Source: the human T2T-CHM13v2.0 reference genome, Homo sapiens
Strand: one strand, 5' to 3'
Assembly (NCBI RefSeq): GCF_009914755.1
Contig: NC_060926.1
DNA length: 64,000 nt
Below are positions 16,639 to 40,601 of the stretch, piece after piece (position 1 is the stretch's first letter; each line of letters starts with the position of its first letter). The notes under the pieces are model-generated. The model worked only from the letters and a program-made list of their open reading frames with translations, made no database searches and was not told the DNA's origin. The position numbers and the translations under genes were made by a program.

Positions 16639-16818
<180 letters not shown>

Positions 16819-16835
16819 TTAACTGGGCATGGTCA

Positions 16836-17066
<231 letters not shown>

Positions 17067-19012
17067 TCAGGGAGCATGATCGAATCAGGAAGGCCTGGGA
17101 TTGCGATGAGCGAGGAGAGAAGGGGAAAGCCACAAGAAACAAACCAAAACTAAACAAAGCCCAGAGCCCTTGGCGGGCAGGTGGCCTGGGATTACACACA
17201 TGGAGACAGAACTAGCCAAGGCCTCCCAGCCAGGGCTGAGACCATGGAGAGGCCACCAGCTCTTACTGTGCTTCTGGTCCTAGCCAAGAGCCCTCAGCAG
17301 CCCCTCCCCTTCCGTCAGTGACAGATGGGCGTCCTCTGGAGAGGGCTGTGAAGTCTGGGGAAGAACCTGTCCTGGGATGGGCAGGGCGATGGCAGACCCT
17401 GACCTGGGGATCTCCTCTTTTGACCACGGAGCAGCCCTGTCCCTCTCCTGCGCATGCGGAAGTCCCCACGCCCCCAGGCATGCTGGCAACTTCGGGGAAA
17501 CCCTTACCCTCAAGGGCTTTTTAGCTGTTTTGTTATCTTCTTCAGTTTCCTCAGTTTTGAGAATGCACAAAACATGGAGCTGCTCTCTGCATTCCTGAGG
17601 GGCCTCTAAGCAGACCTCGGGTCCCATAGAACACTGTGTCCTGGTGGCCCTCCAGGTCCCTCAGCTCTCAGACAGGCACTTTCAGTTCTGTTTCATTAGG
17701 AGTGCCCTGTCGTTGGTGAGATGCAGAGCCTGGGCAGTCTGGGTCCTGAGGACATGAAGGGAGAAACCAGAACAGTCCCCGGCCAGGGCCCCACCAGCCT
17801 GAGCTTGCCTGTTGGGTCCCAGTGGAGTCTGGGGCCTTGTGGGATCGGGGGGACATTTAAGGGGTGTAGGAGGAAGGGAGGAGTCAAGGCAGGTGACCCT
17901 GGCAATAGGGGCTTTCCAGATCATTCTGTGGGAGGCAGAGCCCCTGTTATGCTGCTCCCCTGCCTTCCACCCTCCTTCCTACTCCCCCTGGCCTGAGGCC
18001 GGCCCTGGGCCTAGCTGGGACAGAGGCTTGAAAACCTTCAGGCTTCTCTCAGGGCTGCCCAGGATGGTGAAATGGCCCCACGGAGGAGAGAAGAGCTTCA
18101 TTGTGTGTTTTCCACTGTGTGCCAGAGGGAGGGGCGTCTGGGGGGGCAGTGGCTCACTGTCCCCAGCTGTCCCACATTGCCTCCCACGGGGCTGGAGGCT
18201 CACATTCAGATACCAGAGACACCAACTGCTGGCTCACTGAGGCAAGGAGTGGAAGGTGCACTTTGACCCTACACTGGAGGTGCTGGTGCTGTCTGCAGCT
18301 GTAACCCCACAGGGAGGGTCCCTTGGGGCAGCTGCCACTTGCCCAGGCTGGCTGCTCCCCATCTTGCAGAATGGTTTTTCTGCCTCCCACCTAAGTCCCA
18401 GAGGACCAATTGGGAAATTTTATTTTCTTTTTGGTGAGGTGATGATGGGTAGTTCCTGTCCCCAGAACTGCTGAATCAAAATCTAGGAAGAGGGAGGAGG
18501 AGAAGAAGGTCAGAATCTTTTTGTTTAACCAGCACCCCCAGATCATTCTAATATAGGTGGGCCAAGGCCCATCTTAGAGAAGCACTGTCCTGGATCCCAG
18601 CTTGCTGACTGTGCCTGGGAAGCCCATGGAGAGAGCGTGAACCCACATCTGGGCCTAGGGCATCAGTATTTTCTTGTGAGTCACATGAACTTACTGGCCC
18701 AGCCTGCAAGGGAGCACTCAATTTGACAGAAAGGGAAACTGAGGTTAGGGGAGTGAGTTCCTGCTTCTTGCCTCCAGCAACAGAAGAAGCCGTATCTCTG
18801 GTAATGGCTTAAGAAACCAGGGGCCATAACATGGGGCAGTGACATCCTGGGAAGGTGGGACGGGGGATTGAAGACAGAAGGGCACAGGTTCCAGCCGGAC
18901 ATGGTGGCTGATGCCTGTAATCCCAGCACTTTGGGAGGGCGAGGCAGGTGGATCACCTGAGGTCAGGAATTCAAGACCAGCCTGGCCAACATAGTGAAAC
19001 CCGTCTCTACTA

Positions 19013-19214
<202 letters not shown>

Positions 19215-19251
19215 TTATTTTTATTTTTATTTATTTATTTTTTTATTTTAG

Positions 19252-19464
<213 letters not shown>

Positions 19465-21579
19465 TGATCCATCCACCTCGGCCTCCCAAAGCACTGGGAT
19501 TACAGGCGTGAGCCACCGCGCCCAGCCATGCTTTTGTATTTTTAATGAATATAGTCATATTGTTTTCTCTGTGGTATGTCTCAGCATAACAATACGTGCT
19601 TGAGCTTTGTGAATGTTGAAACCTGTTGCTCTAGATCATGTGTTTCCCTTGCTGTGCAGTTTTCCAAGGTCTGAGTATGTTGGGATTTATTTGTACATTT
19701 TGCTGGTGGCAGTCATTTAGGGGGTTTCCGCCCTTTCACTCTTGGGAGCACGGGATTATCACTGGGCGGTACAGGAGGGGAGGAGGCAGTCCCTGCTGTG
19801 GTCTCAGTTTCCAGAAGGCCTGACTGGAAGTTGGACATTTGCTAATAAGCAGTGAGGAGCCACTGAAGACTTTTGAGCAGGAGCAAGCCTCAGCAAAATG
19901 CGGCGCTTTAGGAACTTCTTTTTGCCAGTGCTTTGCAGTTTGGGTTGGAGGTAGAGAGCTGGGGGACAGAGGCTCTTGTAAGGCCCTAGGTGAGTTTCCA
20001 GGGCCTGTTCTCACAGGTGAGGCTGCGCTGGGGGCAGTGGAAGGCAAAATTGAGAGGGATCCTGTTTTGGTTGCATATGCCAGGGAGAGGGCTAAATGCA
20101 ACTGCGAGGACAGGGGGCCTTTCCCAGAAAGAGAAGAAGCAGGATGGGGAGCTGACCATGGGGACTGTCACTCACCAATTCTGCAGGCAGATGGAGGGAG
20201 AGCCTAAGCTAAGTGGCTTAGAGAGTCCTGTGGAAGCCCTTGGCAGGGCAGGGCACAGGGCTGGGGAGAGCCACTAGGTCCTCAGGCTGCTCTCCCCTTC
20301 CCTTCCTCCTTCCCCATCTCAGCCCTGCCTTCTCCTGCTTTGCCCAAAGATCAAGACCTCAGGCCAGCAAGGACTGCAACCTGTCCCTAGCCCACATCCA
20401 AGCCAGGCACAGGTCTCCCATCCCCCTGCCACCCCACCCTCTCCACCTTCAGCACCCCCTCTATCCAGGCCCCTGTCTCTCTCCCACCTGGATGACTCGG
20501 TACCTCCTGCCCCTTTTCTCCACTCAGCAGCCCAGTGAGCTCTCAGAAAGGGAGTCTGATCCTGTGCACCCTGTTCTAACAACCACCAGCCATTTTCCAC
20601 TCTCTGCATGGCCTGGCCCCTGCCCACCTCACCAACCCCTTCTCCAGCACTGTTGGTCCCTCCAGCCCTGCCCAAAGACTCCGAGGCCTCCTGACAATTC
20701 CTAAAATTCCACACTCCTCCTGCCTTGGTGCCACATCACCCAGAACCGTCCATGCCGCTGGCTCGGTCTTGCAGTTTCCAGCACGAATGTCACCCTCTGG
20801 GGACGAGGCCTTCCCTGGGCACCCTGTCTACAGTAGGGCCTCTTCCCTTCCGGCCACTCTTTTCCACCCCCAGCCATAGTTACTGGCAGTTTGCTGACTA
20901 ATCCGGTTTCTGGTTTAATGTCTGTTGGCCCTCCCTTTCCCCACATTACAAGCTCCCCGAAAGCAGGACCCCTTCTGCCTTGTTTCTGCTGTCTCCACTG
21001 TGTCCATCATGCACAGTATTTGCCAGATACAGCGAGTGACAAGGAGGGGCCTTGTTTACTGTGGCTTCTTGGTGCAGAGTCCCTGCCCGCACAGATCTGT
21101 CCTTTCTTAGGGACAGAACCTGGGAACACGTAGTCAGCATTTAGTAAGGGGAGGCGGGGAGCTTATCACCCCTCCCAGATGTGCATGACCCTGCTCTAGC
21201 AGCTGGGAGGACTTCCTGGCTGAATTTGGGAAGGAAACAACAGTTGCTAAACATCTTCCACTTGCCAGGCTCTCGGCTGAGTGCTTTACATTAGTTTTCT
21301 TATTTTAGGCACTTAATCTTCACACAGTCCTTCGGGGTAAGTCACAGCATTGCCATGTTATAGATGAGGAACCTCATCTGTGAAACTCATGACTTGCCCA
21401 AGGTCACAGAGTCAACAGGGGCCAGGCTATGATGGGAGCCCAGATCTTTCTGTTGCCAGTGCCTCTGTTCTTTCCATAAGCCCATGTAGCGAGAAATGAA
21501 GACAGGAATGGGACTCAGGCATCGGTGCAAGGTGGTGTCTGTCAGAGGAAAGGGTGATTTTATTTAATTTTATTTTTTA

Positions 21580-22238
<659 letters not shown>

Positions 22239-23403
22239 TCAGACTTGTCAAAATAGTATATAGCATTCCCATATGCCTCTCGCCCCTGAATACTATCGTC
22301 TTTCATAATCACAGTACAGTCATCAAAACCAAGAAATTAACATCAATACTATCCTATGAAGTACTCTCAGAGCTTACTCAAATTCACTATTTTTCCCTGC
22401 TGTTGCCCTTTCTCTGATCTAGAATCCGGTCCAGAATCCCACGTTGCATTTATCTCCTGGTCTCCTCCAGTCTGGGACAGTTTCTCAGTCTATCTTTCAT
22501 CTTGTCAATACATTTGAAGAGTAGAGCCTGGGCAACATTTGAAGAGTAGAGCCTGGGCAATCATCTCTATACTAAAAATTTAAAAAACTAGCTGGCATGG
22601 TGGCACGCACCTGTAGTCCCAACTACTCAGGAGGCTGAGGCGGGAGGATCGCTTGAGCCCAGGACATTAAGGCTGCAGTGAGCTATGGATCACATCACCG
22701 CACTCTTGACCTGGGTGACAGAGCAAGACCCAAAAAAAGAATTATAGATTTGCATTTTTGGCACAAATACCACAGAAGTGATCTTATGCCCTCCTCAGTG
22801 CATCATACCAAGAGGCAAATGATGTCTATATATTGTTACTGGTGAGATTAACTTTGATCACTGGCTTAAGGTGGAGTTAGCCAGGTTTCTATGGCCTTTA
22901 TAATTAGTGGTTATTTTGTGAAGGAGATACTTTGAGATTATGCAAATATCCTCTTTCTCATCATACTTGGGTGATTTGACTGGGGTCTCCAGGTGTTAAG
23001 AGTGTGCTCTTGTGTGTTAGAAACTCTCGGTGTTAGCCTGGGAGCGAATCAAGACATCTTCTCTTCAAAAAAATAATAAAAATAATTAGCTGGGCATGTC
23101 TGCTCATGCCTGTAGTCCCAGCTACTCGGGATACTGAGGTGGAAAATCGCTTGAACCCCAGCGTTTCAGGCTTCAGTGAGCTGTGACTGAGCCACCACAC
23201 TCCAGCCTGGCTGACAGAGGAAGATCCCATCTCTTTAAAAAATAAATAAATAAATAAATAAATATAAATATAAATAAAAATGGGCTGGGCGCGGTGGCTC
23301 ACGCCAGTAATCCCAGCACTTTGGGAGACTGAGGCAGGCAGATCACCTGAGGTCGGGAGCTCTAGACCAGCCTGATCAACATGGAGAAACCCTATCTCTA
23401 CTA

Positions 23404-23577
<174 letters not shown>

Positions 23578-24086
23578 TTAATTGTCCTGTCTGTCCTACT
23601 AGATAGAACCTTCACAAGGACAGTGAGTTTGCCTTGCTCAGTGTGTGTTCAGTGCCTGGCCAATAGCAAGGATTCAGTAAATATTGTTGAAGAAATGAAA
23701 ATGTAAGTTGGCCAAATCTAATTTAGAAATAAAACCAAAAAAAAAAGAAGGCCTACGAAAAAGGAACATAAAGACAAATAAAGGTTGGCAAAGCCCTTCA
23801 ACCATGTGCCCAGATTGCCAATCAATATAAACCCATGGGTACATAGAGCAGACAATGCAGTGATTAAACTTTACCTAAATCATATCTACAAATTGCCATG
23901 GAAACCTGCTTGGTTTTGACCCAACTGCTTGCAGACAAATCAGCTAGCTCTCCCCTTAGGGGTCTGAAGAGCGGCTGCCCCTGCTCCCACATACACGGTC
24001 AATCCTTGTAGAGACTTAGGGTCAGCCAGGCGTGGTGGCTCATGTCTGTAATCCCAGCACTTTGGGAGGCCAAGGCGGGTTGATCA

Positions 24087-24412
<326 letters not shown>

Positions 24413-24549
24413 CTATTTAATGTCATTCTAAGTAAGAAGCATTTAAATTATTAGCAGGAATTTTACCATTTGCTTAATATTGTGCAATGCCTGTTTTAAA
24501 TACAAATATAAGGACATTTAACTCCTGTAGAATCACAGAAACGACATAA

Positions 24550-25260
<711 letters not shown>

Positions 25261-26130
25261 TGAGATCTCGGCTTACTACAACCTCAGCCTCCCAAGTAGC
25301 TAGGATTACAGGCGCCTGCCACCACGCCCAGCTAATTTTTGTAGTTTTAGTAGAGATGGGGTTTCACTATCTTGGCCAGGCTGGTCTTGAACTCCTGACC
25401 ATGTGATCCACCTGCCTTGGCCTCCCAAAGTTCTGAGATTACAGGCATGAGCCACCGCGCCCGGCCTTCAATTCTTAATACGTGCACATTCTGCCAGCAC
25501 TGTTGGCTTGCTAGTTAATAAGGAAGGATGGAAAGGAAAAGGATGGATTGGTTACCCTATCTTCCCTTTCCTTTCTATATCGCTATTTGCAGCATAAATA
25601 GGTGGATAACACAAAAGCAAGAAAGGATGCAGCAGAGTTCCTTGGTCATTCGTGTTTCTTAGAACACCTCTGTCTTTGTGCACTTGAAGCACGTTCTAGT
25701 TTGAACTGAAAGCTTGGCCTCTTGGGTCAGTCATAGGTGTGCACTCGCCTTGTACTTGCTTTGAGTCTTGTTGAACTCCCATGCGTTGTGTGTCCCCCAG
25801 ATTTGTGTGCTCATGGGCATTGCAGACTCTGTATAGGTATGATAAGCGAGGAACAGAGCACACTCACTGTGTGTGTCTCTTGCTCCCTGCATGTCCCACT
25901 GTCCTATCAGGCTCCACTTGCAAGACACAAGGTCAAAGATAAAATCATTAAGAATTTCAGGGTCGGGCACGGTGGCTCACCCCTGTAATCCCAGTACTTT
26001 GGGAGGCCAAGGTGGGCAAATCACGAGGTCAAGAGATCGAGACCATCCTGGCCCACATGGTGAAACCCCATCTCTATTAAAAATACAAAAATTAGCTGGG
26101 TGTGGTGGTGCACGCCTCTAGTCCCAGCTA

Positions 26131-26595
<465 letters not shown>

Positions 26596-26818
26596 TCACA
26601 CCTGTAATCCTAACACTTTGGGAGGCCAAGGCAGGAGGATTTGTTGAGCCCAGGAGTTCGAGACCAGCCTAGACAACAAACTGAGACCCCATCTCTACAA
26701 AAAAGATAATTGGGATTACAGGTGCCCATCACCACACCCGGCTAATTTTTGTATTTTTAGTAGAGACGGGGTTTCACCATGTTAGTCAGGCTGGTCTTGA
26801 ACTCCTGACCTCAGATGA

Positions 26819-27082
<264 letters not shown>

Positions 27083-27447
27083 TAGGGCACAATGTTGCCC
27101 AGGCTGGTCTCGAACTCCTGGGCTCAAGTGATCCTCTCTCCTTCCCTCCCAAGGTGCTGGGATTACAGGTGTGAGCCACTGTACCCAACCTTCTTCAGAT
27201 GATTAGGATGCATGCTAAAGTCTGACCACCACTGTTCTTTCTGAAATATTTTTTCTACCTCATTTCAGCCTCCTAATTCCTACTCCTTCTTCCCTGCAAA
27301 TGTCACTTCATCAGAGGTGCTAGACCCTGGGCTAGATTAAACCCCTCACTCTCCAAGTCTCTCTTTTTTTTTAGACAGAGTCTCACTCTTTGGCCTGGGC
27401 TGCAGTGCAGTGGTGCGATGCCCAATTCTCCTGCCTCAGCCTCCTGA

Positions 27448-27678
<231 letters not shown>

Positions 27679-27837
27679 TAGGTGTGTCCGTCTCATTCTC
27701 CATCTTGTCCTGAGTGCTAAGCAGGGCAAACAGTAGGCACATAATAAGTGAGAGTGGAATTGCATTGGCTCACAGGGTCACCAAAGGAATGGAGATGTGG
27801 GGCCTGCAGGCATCACGAAGGAGTCTAGGGGAGCTAG

Positions 27838-28311
<474 letters not shown>

Positions 28312-28822
28312 TGACCCTTGTCCGTCTGCCCGTGGGATGTGTCCCATATGCTCCATGTTCACACGTGCACATGCGCACACATAGCCTGGGGAAGGGGGGT
28401 ACAGGGCATGGCTGGGCAGAAGGGGAGAGCAGGAGTGGGGGATGCAGAGCCAGAGGGCTGGGGGTGTTGGCCCAGGACTCTGGGTCTAGTGAGTTTCCAG
28501 GCTGGCTTTCACTCCCATTGGCCCCCTTCAGACCCCCTTTCTTTCTGTCACCTCTGTCTGTCAGTATCTGGGTCTCTCTGTCTTTCCCTCCCATTCCTTA
28601 TCTCTCTGTGTCTGCCTCTCTCTATGTACAAGTGTCCCTCTGCCTCCATGTGCCCCGTGCTTCACATTCCTGGATCTCTCCCCTCCAGCTCCATCCCTTT
28701 CCTCTGCTTCATCTCTCCATGCTCTCCTCTCCTCTCCACCAGCGCCCACACTCCTGGCTCTTGCTGCTTCAAGTGCCTCTTGCATCCTGCTCCCCAGTCT
28801 CCAAACCTCCTCTCTCTCGCAG

Positions 28823-28881
28823 GCTTCCATTGAAAAGGAAGGGGTCACCTTGGTCGCCATTCTGTGTACTCACAAGCACTG
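28823..28881 (+). CDS. PNKD: PNKD exon 5
   Basis: cgcag|GCT...TG|gtaag; ASIEKEGVTLVAILCTHKHW, first part of the HxHxDH motif; 59 nt. Confidence 0.96.
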
Positions 28882-29581
28882 GTAAGGGGCTCCCGTCTTC
28901 CCTGGCCCACCCTTGTCCCAGCTGGGCTTGCCAGGACTGGGCCCATTGAGGACGGCCGGGGCCAGAGATCAAGAAGTCAGTACGGGCCGGCACCCGCCTT
29001 CCTCGTGAAGTCACCTGGACACCAGCAGGGAGGGAGGAGAGGGGACAGTCTCCCACCACTCCATTGATCAAGCTTCTGAAGCCCCAGAGGGCAGGGCAGT
29101 CATTTCTCTTTCATTTCATGGGCATGTATTAGATACCTACTGCACACTGGGCATGGACAAAAGTTATGACTCTTCCATCAAGGAAATTCTAAGACCAATA
29201 GGGGAGGTAGCCCTGTATCAAAGTATATAACAGCGGAGGCAAGAGGGTTGGGAGTTCAAGCCCAACCTGGGCAACATAGTGAGACCTTGTCTTCAAAAAA
29301 GAAGTATGTGATATTTAGGTAACAGTTGGCACAGGGAACAGGGATGGGAGGCCCAGGCACGGTGTGATCAGATCCACTTGGAGAATTGAAAGATGATGAC
29401 CTGAGCTGAGGGTTCAGGAAGCTCGGCTGGCATTGGCCAGCTTGAGTTGTTGGGGGCGATGTTCTGGGCAAGGGAACAGCTTGAACAAAGGCCTAGAGGT
29501 GTGGACAACTTGGCTTAGTCCAGAAGCCACAGCCCCAGCACTTAAAGGCCTGGAGATGCTGTGGTAAAGAAGGGGGCTTAG

Positions 29582-29722
<141 letters not shown>

Positions 29723-29986
29723 TAAGTCCCTGACCTAGGCAAGGGATGGCCCTTCCATGGGCCCTTTCCCCCACCCCCAGCCTTCAGTGAAGTGTTTCAG
29801 GGGTATCAGCAGGTGGATCTTTGCCAGTGCCCTTCCTGGCCCAATCCCAGCCTATCTGAAGACTGGCACTGCCCATCCCCCAACTGATCCAGCCATAGTC
29901 CCCAAAAGAGGAAAGGGGGAGGGTTCGGACCTGAGACCCGAGGCACTGGGGTGACTTCTTTTGTATGGAAGCCCACTCTCTTGTGA

Positions 29987-30328
<342 letters not shown>

Positions 30329-30451
30329 TAGTTTTAGCACAGATGTTGCCGTGGCAGTTACTTCCATCTGTGTTACTCAGATTGGTTTTAATCCTTGAGA
30401 CTTCCCTTGGGGCACCTTGGGAGGCTGAGGCAGGAGGATCACTTGAGGCTA

Positions 30452-31059
<608 letters not shown>

Positions 31060-31449
31060 TCAAAAATAAAAAAGACTTCTGCCAGCTGCGGGACAGAATG
31101 GGAGAATGTCTGTAGCTGAGTAAAGCCCTGCAGGGAATTAGTTTCCCCTGGGTGGAGACTGGTTCTCTGATACAGTGACTGGCAGGACTAGGTTATGAAA
31201 AGTTAAGAACAGCTAGGTGAGGGGGTGGGTGAGGATCACAAGTCCCAGGCTGCATGAAATCCCAAAGGGCAGCCTAGGCGAAGAAGTGTTCCGTGGGAAA
31301 GAGCAGCCCTGCGTCTACCAAGCCTGGGGCCTGCAGCCCGAAGATTCCACAGCCCCTCCCTTCAGGTGTCACTGTGTGCAACGGAGGCCTCGGATGGGCT
31401 TGGTCAGGGGGTGACCAGTTGGGCCCAGTTCCCAGTGAGGAGGGAATAG

Positions 31450-31959
<510 letters not shown>

Positions 31960-32260
31960 TAATTGTTCATAGCCTTAGCCCAGAACAGAAAATAGCCTTT
32001 GCTTATCTGGGGAGAAGTCAGTAAATCCACTCTGCATGTAACCATTGCCTTGTGGTGCATAAAAACATTCACAGATATCTGTTAATCCTCAGAACATATA
32101 TTCATTCATTCATTCATTCATCAAGTACTTTATGTGCACCTAACACATACCAGGCTCTGTTCCAGGCACCAGGAACACAGCAGGTACATCTGTGTCTGGT
32201 GGCATCATTGTTCTCTCCACTTGCCAAATGAGAAAATTGTGCCTCAGAGAGGGGCCATGA

Positions 32261-32734
<474 letters not shown>

Positions 32735-32809
32735 TGACCCCAGGCCTGCGAGCACCTCCCCAAAGCTCTGACCTCTTTGGCCCATGGGCCCTCAAGTCAG
32801 AACTCCTGA

Positions 32810-33076
<267 letters not shown>

Positions 33077-34519
33077 TGCCCCCAGCGCCCCCAGCCCAGC
33101 CCACTCCCCGCATGGGGAGGCCGCCACCACCAACACCTCATCATCCTTCTCATCGCTAACACCACCAACTCCATCGGCACCCAAGCGGGCATCATCCCCC
33201 CACACTGCTCAGGGGAGGGGAGGGATCAGGCGATGAGACTGTGAGGCCAAAAGAAGGGGGCCTGTTGGAGGCTGGGAACCCCGCAGCGCGAGGCTGCCTC
33301 ATCAACGGCAAGAGGAAAGGAGGGGTCTCGGGACATCTCCAGACCCTACCAACTGGGAGGGTCCCCTCCTCCTTCCCTACTCCTGGGACGGCAGCAAGGA
33401 CATGGGGGCTGCTGTTAGCTTCTCCGTCAGGAGGCCTCATCTCACTGTAGCCCTGGAACCCAGGGTCCATCTTGCCCTTCCCCCATCCATGGTTGGGAAA
33501 GAAGCTCAGCCCCTCACAGTGGCCTCAAGTGTGATGCCTTACAAAAGCACCACTCAGATGGGCAGCTGGACTCTGGTGTCCTGAGACTCTGCCCTCTTCC
33601 CACAGCCTCCCTGCCCCACCCATCCCTGCAAAGCCATTTTTCAGACAGAGCCATTCCTAAGAACACTGAAGGGCTGGAATGCTGGCTGGCCACTCTCTGC
33701 CTCAGTGGCCTCCCTACAGCCTGGAAGAAGGAGGGTCCTGATTGCCAAGGAAACCTCCTCATTGGGCTAAGGAGACACTGGAGTCTGGAGTGTGGAGCCC
33801 CACAGTCTTGCAGGTCACATGCTCTCCTTGCACATCTGGCCTGGTTGTACCCACTGGCCTCTGCCTCTGCCCTGGGCCAAAAGGGCCCCTCCTTGCCAGG
33901 GGAGAGACAGCCACGGTCCTCTTTGGCCGATGCTGTATTCTCATTTTGGCCCTTGTTCTTAGGCCCGTCTGCCCGCCTTCCTCCATCTAACCTTTCCTGT
34001 TTTATCCGCAGCCCTTTTCTTCTTTGAGTTAGTAAAGATTTATTCTGTAACCTGACACTCATCTGGCCCTTTGCAGTTTGCCAGCCATATTCCCATGTGA
34101 TTTCCCACTGGATCCAGGCCCCCATCCGGCTGGCAGGAGGGGGCTCTGACGTGCAGGTTGGAAATCAGAAGTCTGTGAGAGCGCGGGAGTGCATGGCAGC
34201 TCTGGGTCCCAGACCTGGCCCGACCCCTCTGCTTCACCTCCAGCTCTGCTGCTCCTCTACTCTTGGGTCGAGATCCCTTTGGAGCCACAGCGAGGAACCC
34301 TGTGGTCCTCAGGCAGGTGTACCTTGAGTCAGCCAGGAGCCCTCTTTTCCTGTGTCAAAGCCTGCCCTCGGGCTCTGCTCACCTCTGGTGACCCTCCAAG
34401 ATGCCCCTGCCCTCAGTTTCCCCTCATGATCTGGCCTCTGCCCCCTTCTCTAGCCACAGCCTCTAGTACACTTTAGCAATACCACCAGACTAGTTAGAGT
34501 TCCCCACTCACCAAGCAAG

Positions 34520-34877
34520 ACATGCAGTTTCATGCCTCTGTGCCTTCGCTCATGCTGTTTCTTCCGACTGGAATGCCTTCCCCTGCTCCTCCTGCCTTGT
34601 CTGCCTGGCAAGTTCATCTCTCACGATCCCCTCAAAGGCCCCCTCCTCCAGGAAGGCAACCCCTGTGCCCCTCCCCTCCAGGCTACCTCTGCACTTTGTC
34701 AATGCTTCTCTTGTGGCACTTATCACACTGTATTTTACTTGTTTACATGTTTGTCTCCCCTTCTAGACTGTGAATCCTTAAGGGCATGGACTGTATCTTA
34801 TGCATCTCTGTATTTCTGCGCCTAGCACGGTGCCTAGCACACAGTAGGCGCTCAATAAATGTTGAATGAATGAATGA
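34520..34877 (+). mobile_element. L2 3' end within the PNKD 3' UTR
   Basis: CTAGACTGTGAA...CCTAGCACGGTGCCTAGCACACAGTAGGCGCTCAATAAATGTTGAATGAATGAATG is the L2 terminus. Confidence 0.85.
34854..34859 (+). terminator. PNKD: PNKD poly(A) signal
   Basis: First AATAAA I find after the stop codon (about 1.8 kb 3' UTR); GT/T-rich TTGTCTTTGTTG downstream. Confidence 0.8.
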
Positions 34878-35200
34878 TTTAATCAAGACTTGATCACCCA
34901 ACAGCTTGTCTTTGTTGCTACATGAGTGAAAACAGCAGAGAACTTTCTCACAGTTTTCCCATCTCAGTTCCAGGCCTGCTAACTTGCAGTTAGGCACTTC
35001 AAGAGTTTTGATCAGAAATGATGCCCAAAGGCTGGGCGCAGTGGCTCACACCTATAATCCCAGCTCTTTAGGAGGCTGAGGCGGGTGGATCACAAGGTCA
35101 GGAGTTCGAGACCAGTCTGGCCAACATAGTGAAACCTCATCTGTACTACAAATACAAAAAATTAGCCAGACATAGTGGCAGGAGCCTATAATCCCAGCTA

Positions 35201-35354
<154 letters not shown>

Positions 35355-36034
35355 CTAAAATATGTTCTTCCCAAGTCCCATGGGCATTTGTTCAGGGTTT
35401 ACGATTTGCTTATCTCAATGTTTCCCAAAGCTTGAGATACACAAGTGTACCACTGGCCAAAGTAGGGTGGCTGTACATGGCCACAGCACAGCAATCAATT
35501 GGACTTCAAGGACACGGTCTTGGCACTAGTCTGTCTTTAATGTCTTTGGAAAGAAAGACCCGGGATCCAGGTTCATACTTTAGTTGGGAAATGTCTGTAG
35601 TTAAGCTTTAACAACATCGTTTTGTTTTCATTATATTTATATTTGGGTTCAATATTTATTTTTGACAAGTGACACTGGTTTTCAGTTCATAAAAATGATT
35701 AAAGGGCCGGGCGTGGTGGCTCACGCCTGTAATCCCAGCACTTTGGGAGGCTGAGGCAGGCGGATCACGAGGTCAGGAGATCACGACCATCCTGGCCAAC
35801 ATGGTGAAACCCCGTCTCTACTAAAAATACAAAACTTAGCAAGGCATGATGGTGAGCGCCTGTAATCCCAGCTACCCAGGAGACTGAGGCACGAGAATCG
35901 CTGAACCCGGGAGGCAGAGGTTGAAGTAGGCCAAGATCGCACCACTGTACTCCAGCCTGGGCAACAGAGGGAGATTCTGTCCCAAAAAAAAAAAAGATGA
36001 AATTTGGGTGGGGACAAAAAGCCACACCATATCA

Positions 36035-36359
36035 TTATAATAGAACAACTTATATTCCTTTGGGTATATAACCAGTAATGGGATTGCTGGGTCGAATGGT
36101 AGTTCTGTCTTTAGGTCTTTGAGGAAACACCACACTGTCTTCCACTTTGGTTGAACAAATTTACACTCCCGCCAACAGTGTATAAGCGTTCCTTTTACTC
36201 TACAACCTTTCCAGCGTCTGTTATTTTTTGACTTTTTAATAACAGCCATTCTGACTTGTGTGAGATGGTATCTCATTGTGGTTTTGATTTGCATTTCTCT
36301 AATGATGAGTGATGTTGAGCTTTTATTCATATGTTTGTTGTCCACATGTATGTCTTCTT

Positions 36360-36361
<2 letters not shown>
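36035..36361 (-). mobile_element. L1 ORF2 C-terminal fragment
   Basis: Translates to [16 protein letters not shown]...[21 protein letters not shown]1 ORF2p C-terminus. Confidence 0.92.
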
Positions 36362-37335
<974 letters not shown>

Positions 37336-37741
37336 TAGCCAGGATGGCCTTGATCTCCTGACCTTGTGATCCGCCCACCTCAGCCTCCCAAAGTGCCAGG
37401 ATTACAGGGGCGTGAGCCACCTCACCTGCCAATTTCTTTCTTTTTTTTTTTTTTTTTTTGAGACTGAGTCTTGCTCTGTTGCCCAAGACTGGAGTGCAGT
37501 GGCACGATCTCTGCTCACTGCAAGCCCCGCCTCCCAGGTTCACACCATTCTCCTGCCTCAGGCTCCTGAGTAGCTGGGACTACAGGCGCCCACCACCACG
37601 CCCGGCTCATTTTTTGTATTTTTAGTAGAGGTGGGGTTTCACCGTGTTAGCCAGGATGGTCTCGATCTCCTGACCTCATGATCCACCCGCCTCAGCCTCC
37701 CGAAGTGCTGGGATTACAGGCATGAGCCACCGTGCCTGGCC

Positions 37742-40600
<2,859 letters not shown>

Positions 40601-40601
40601 G

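Noticed and set aside
23892-23905. X-box-like ATTGCCATGGAAAC in the PNKD intron
   Set aside because: Imperfect terminal base and no promoter context; cannot be supported without ChIP data
33514-34825. ORFs in the PNKD 3' UTR on both strands
   Set aside because: UTR and L2-derived sequence with no homology I can recognise
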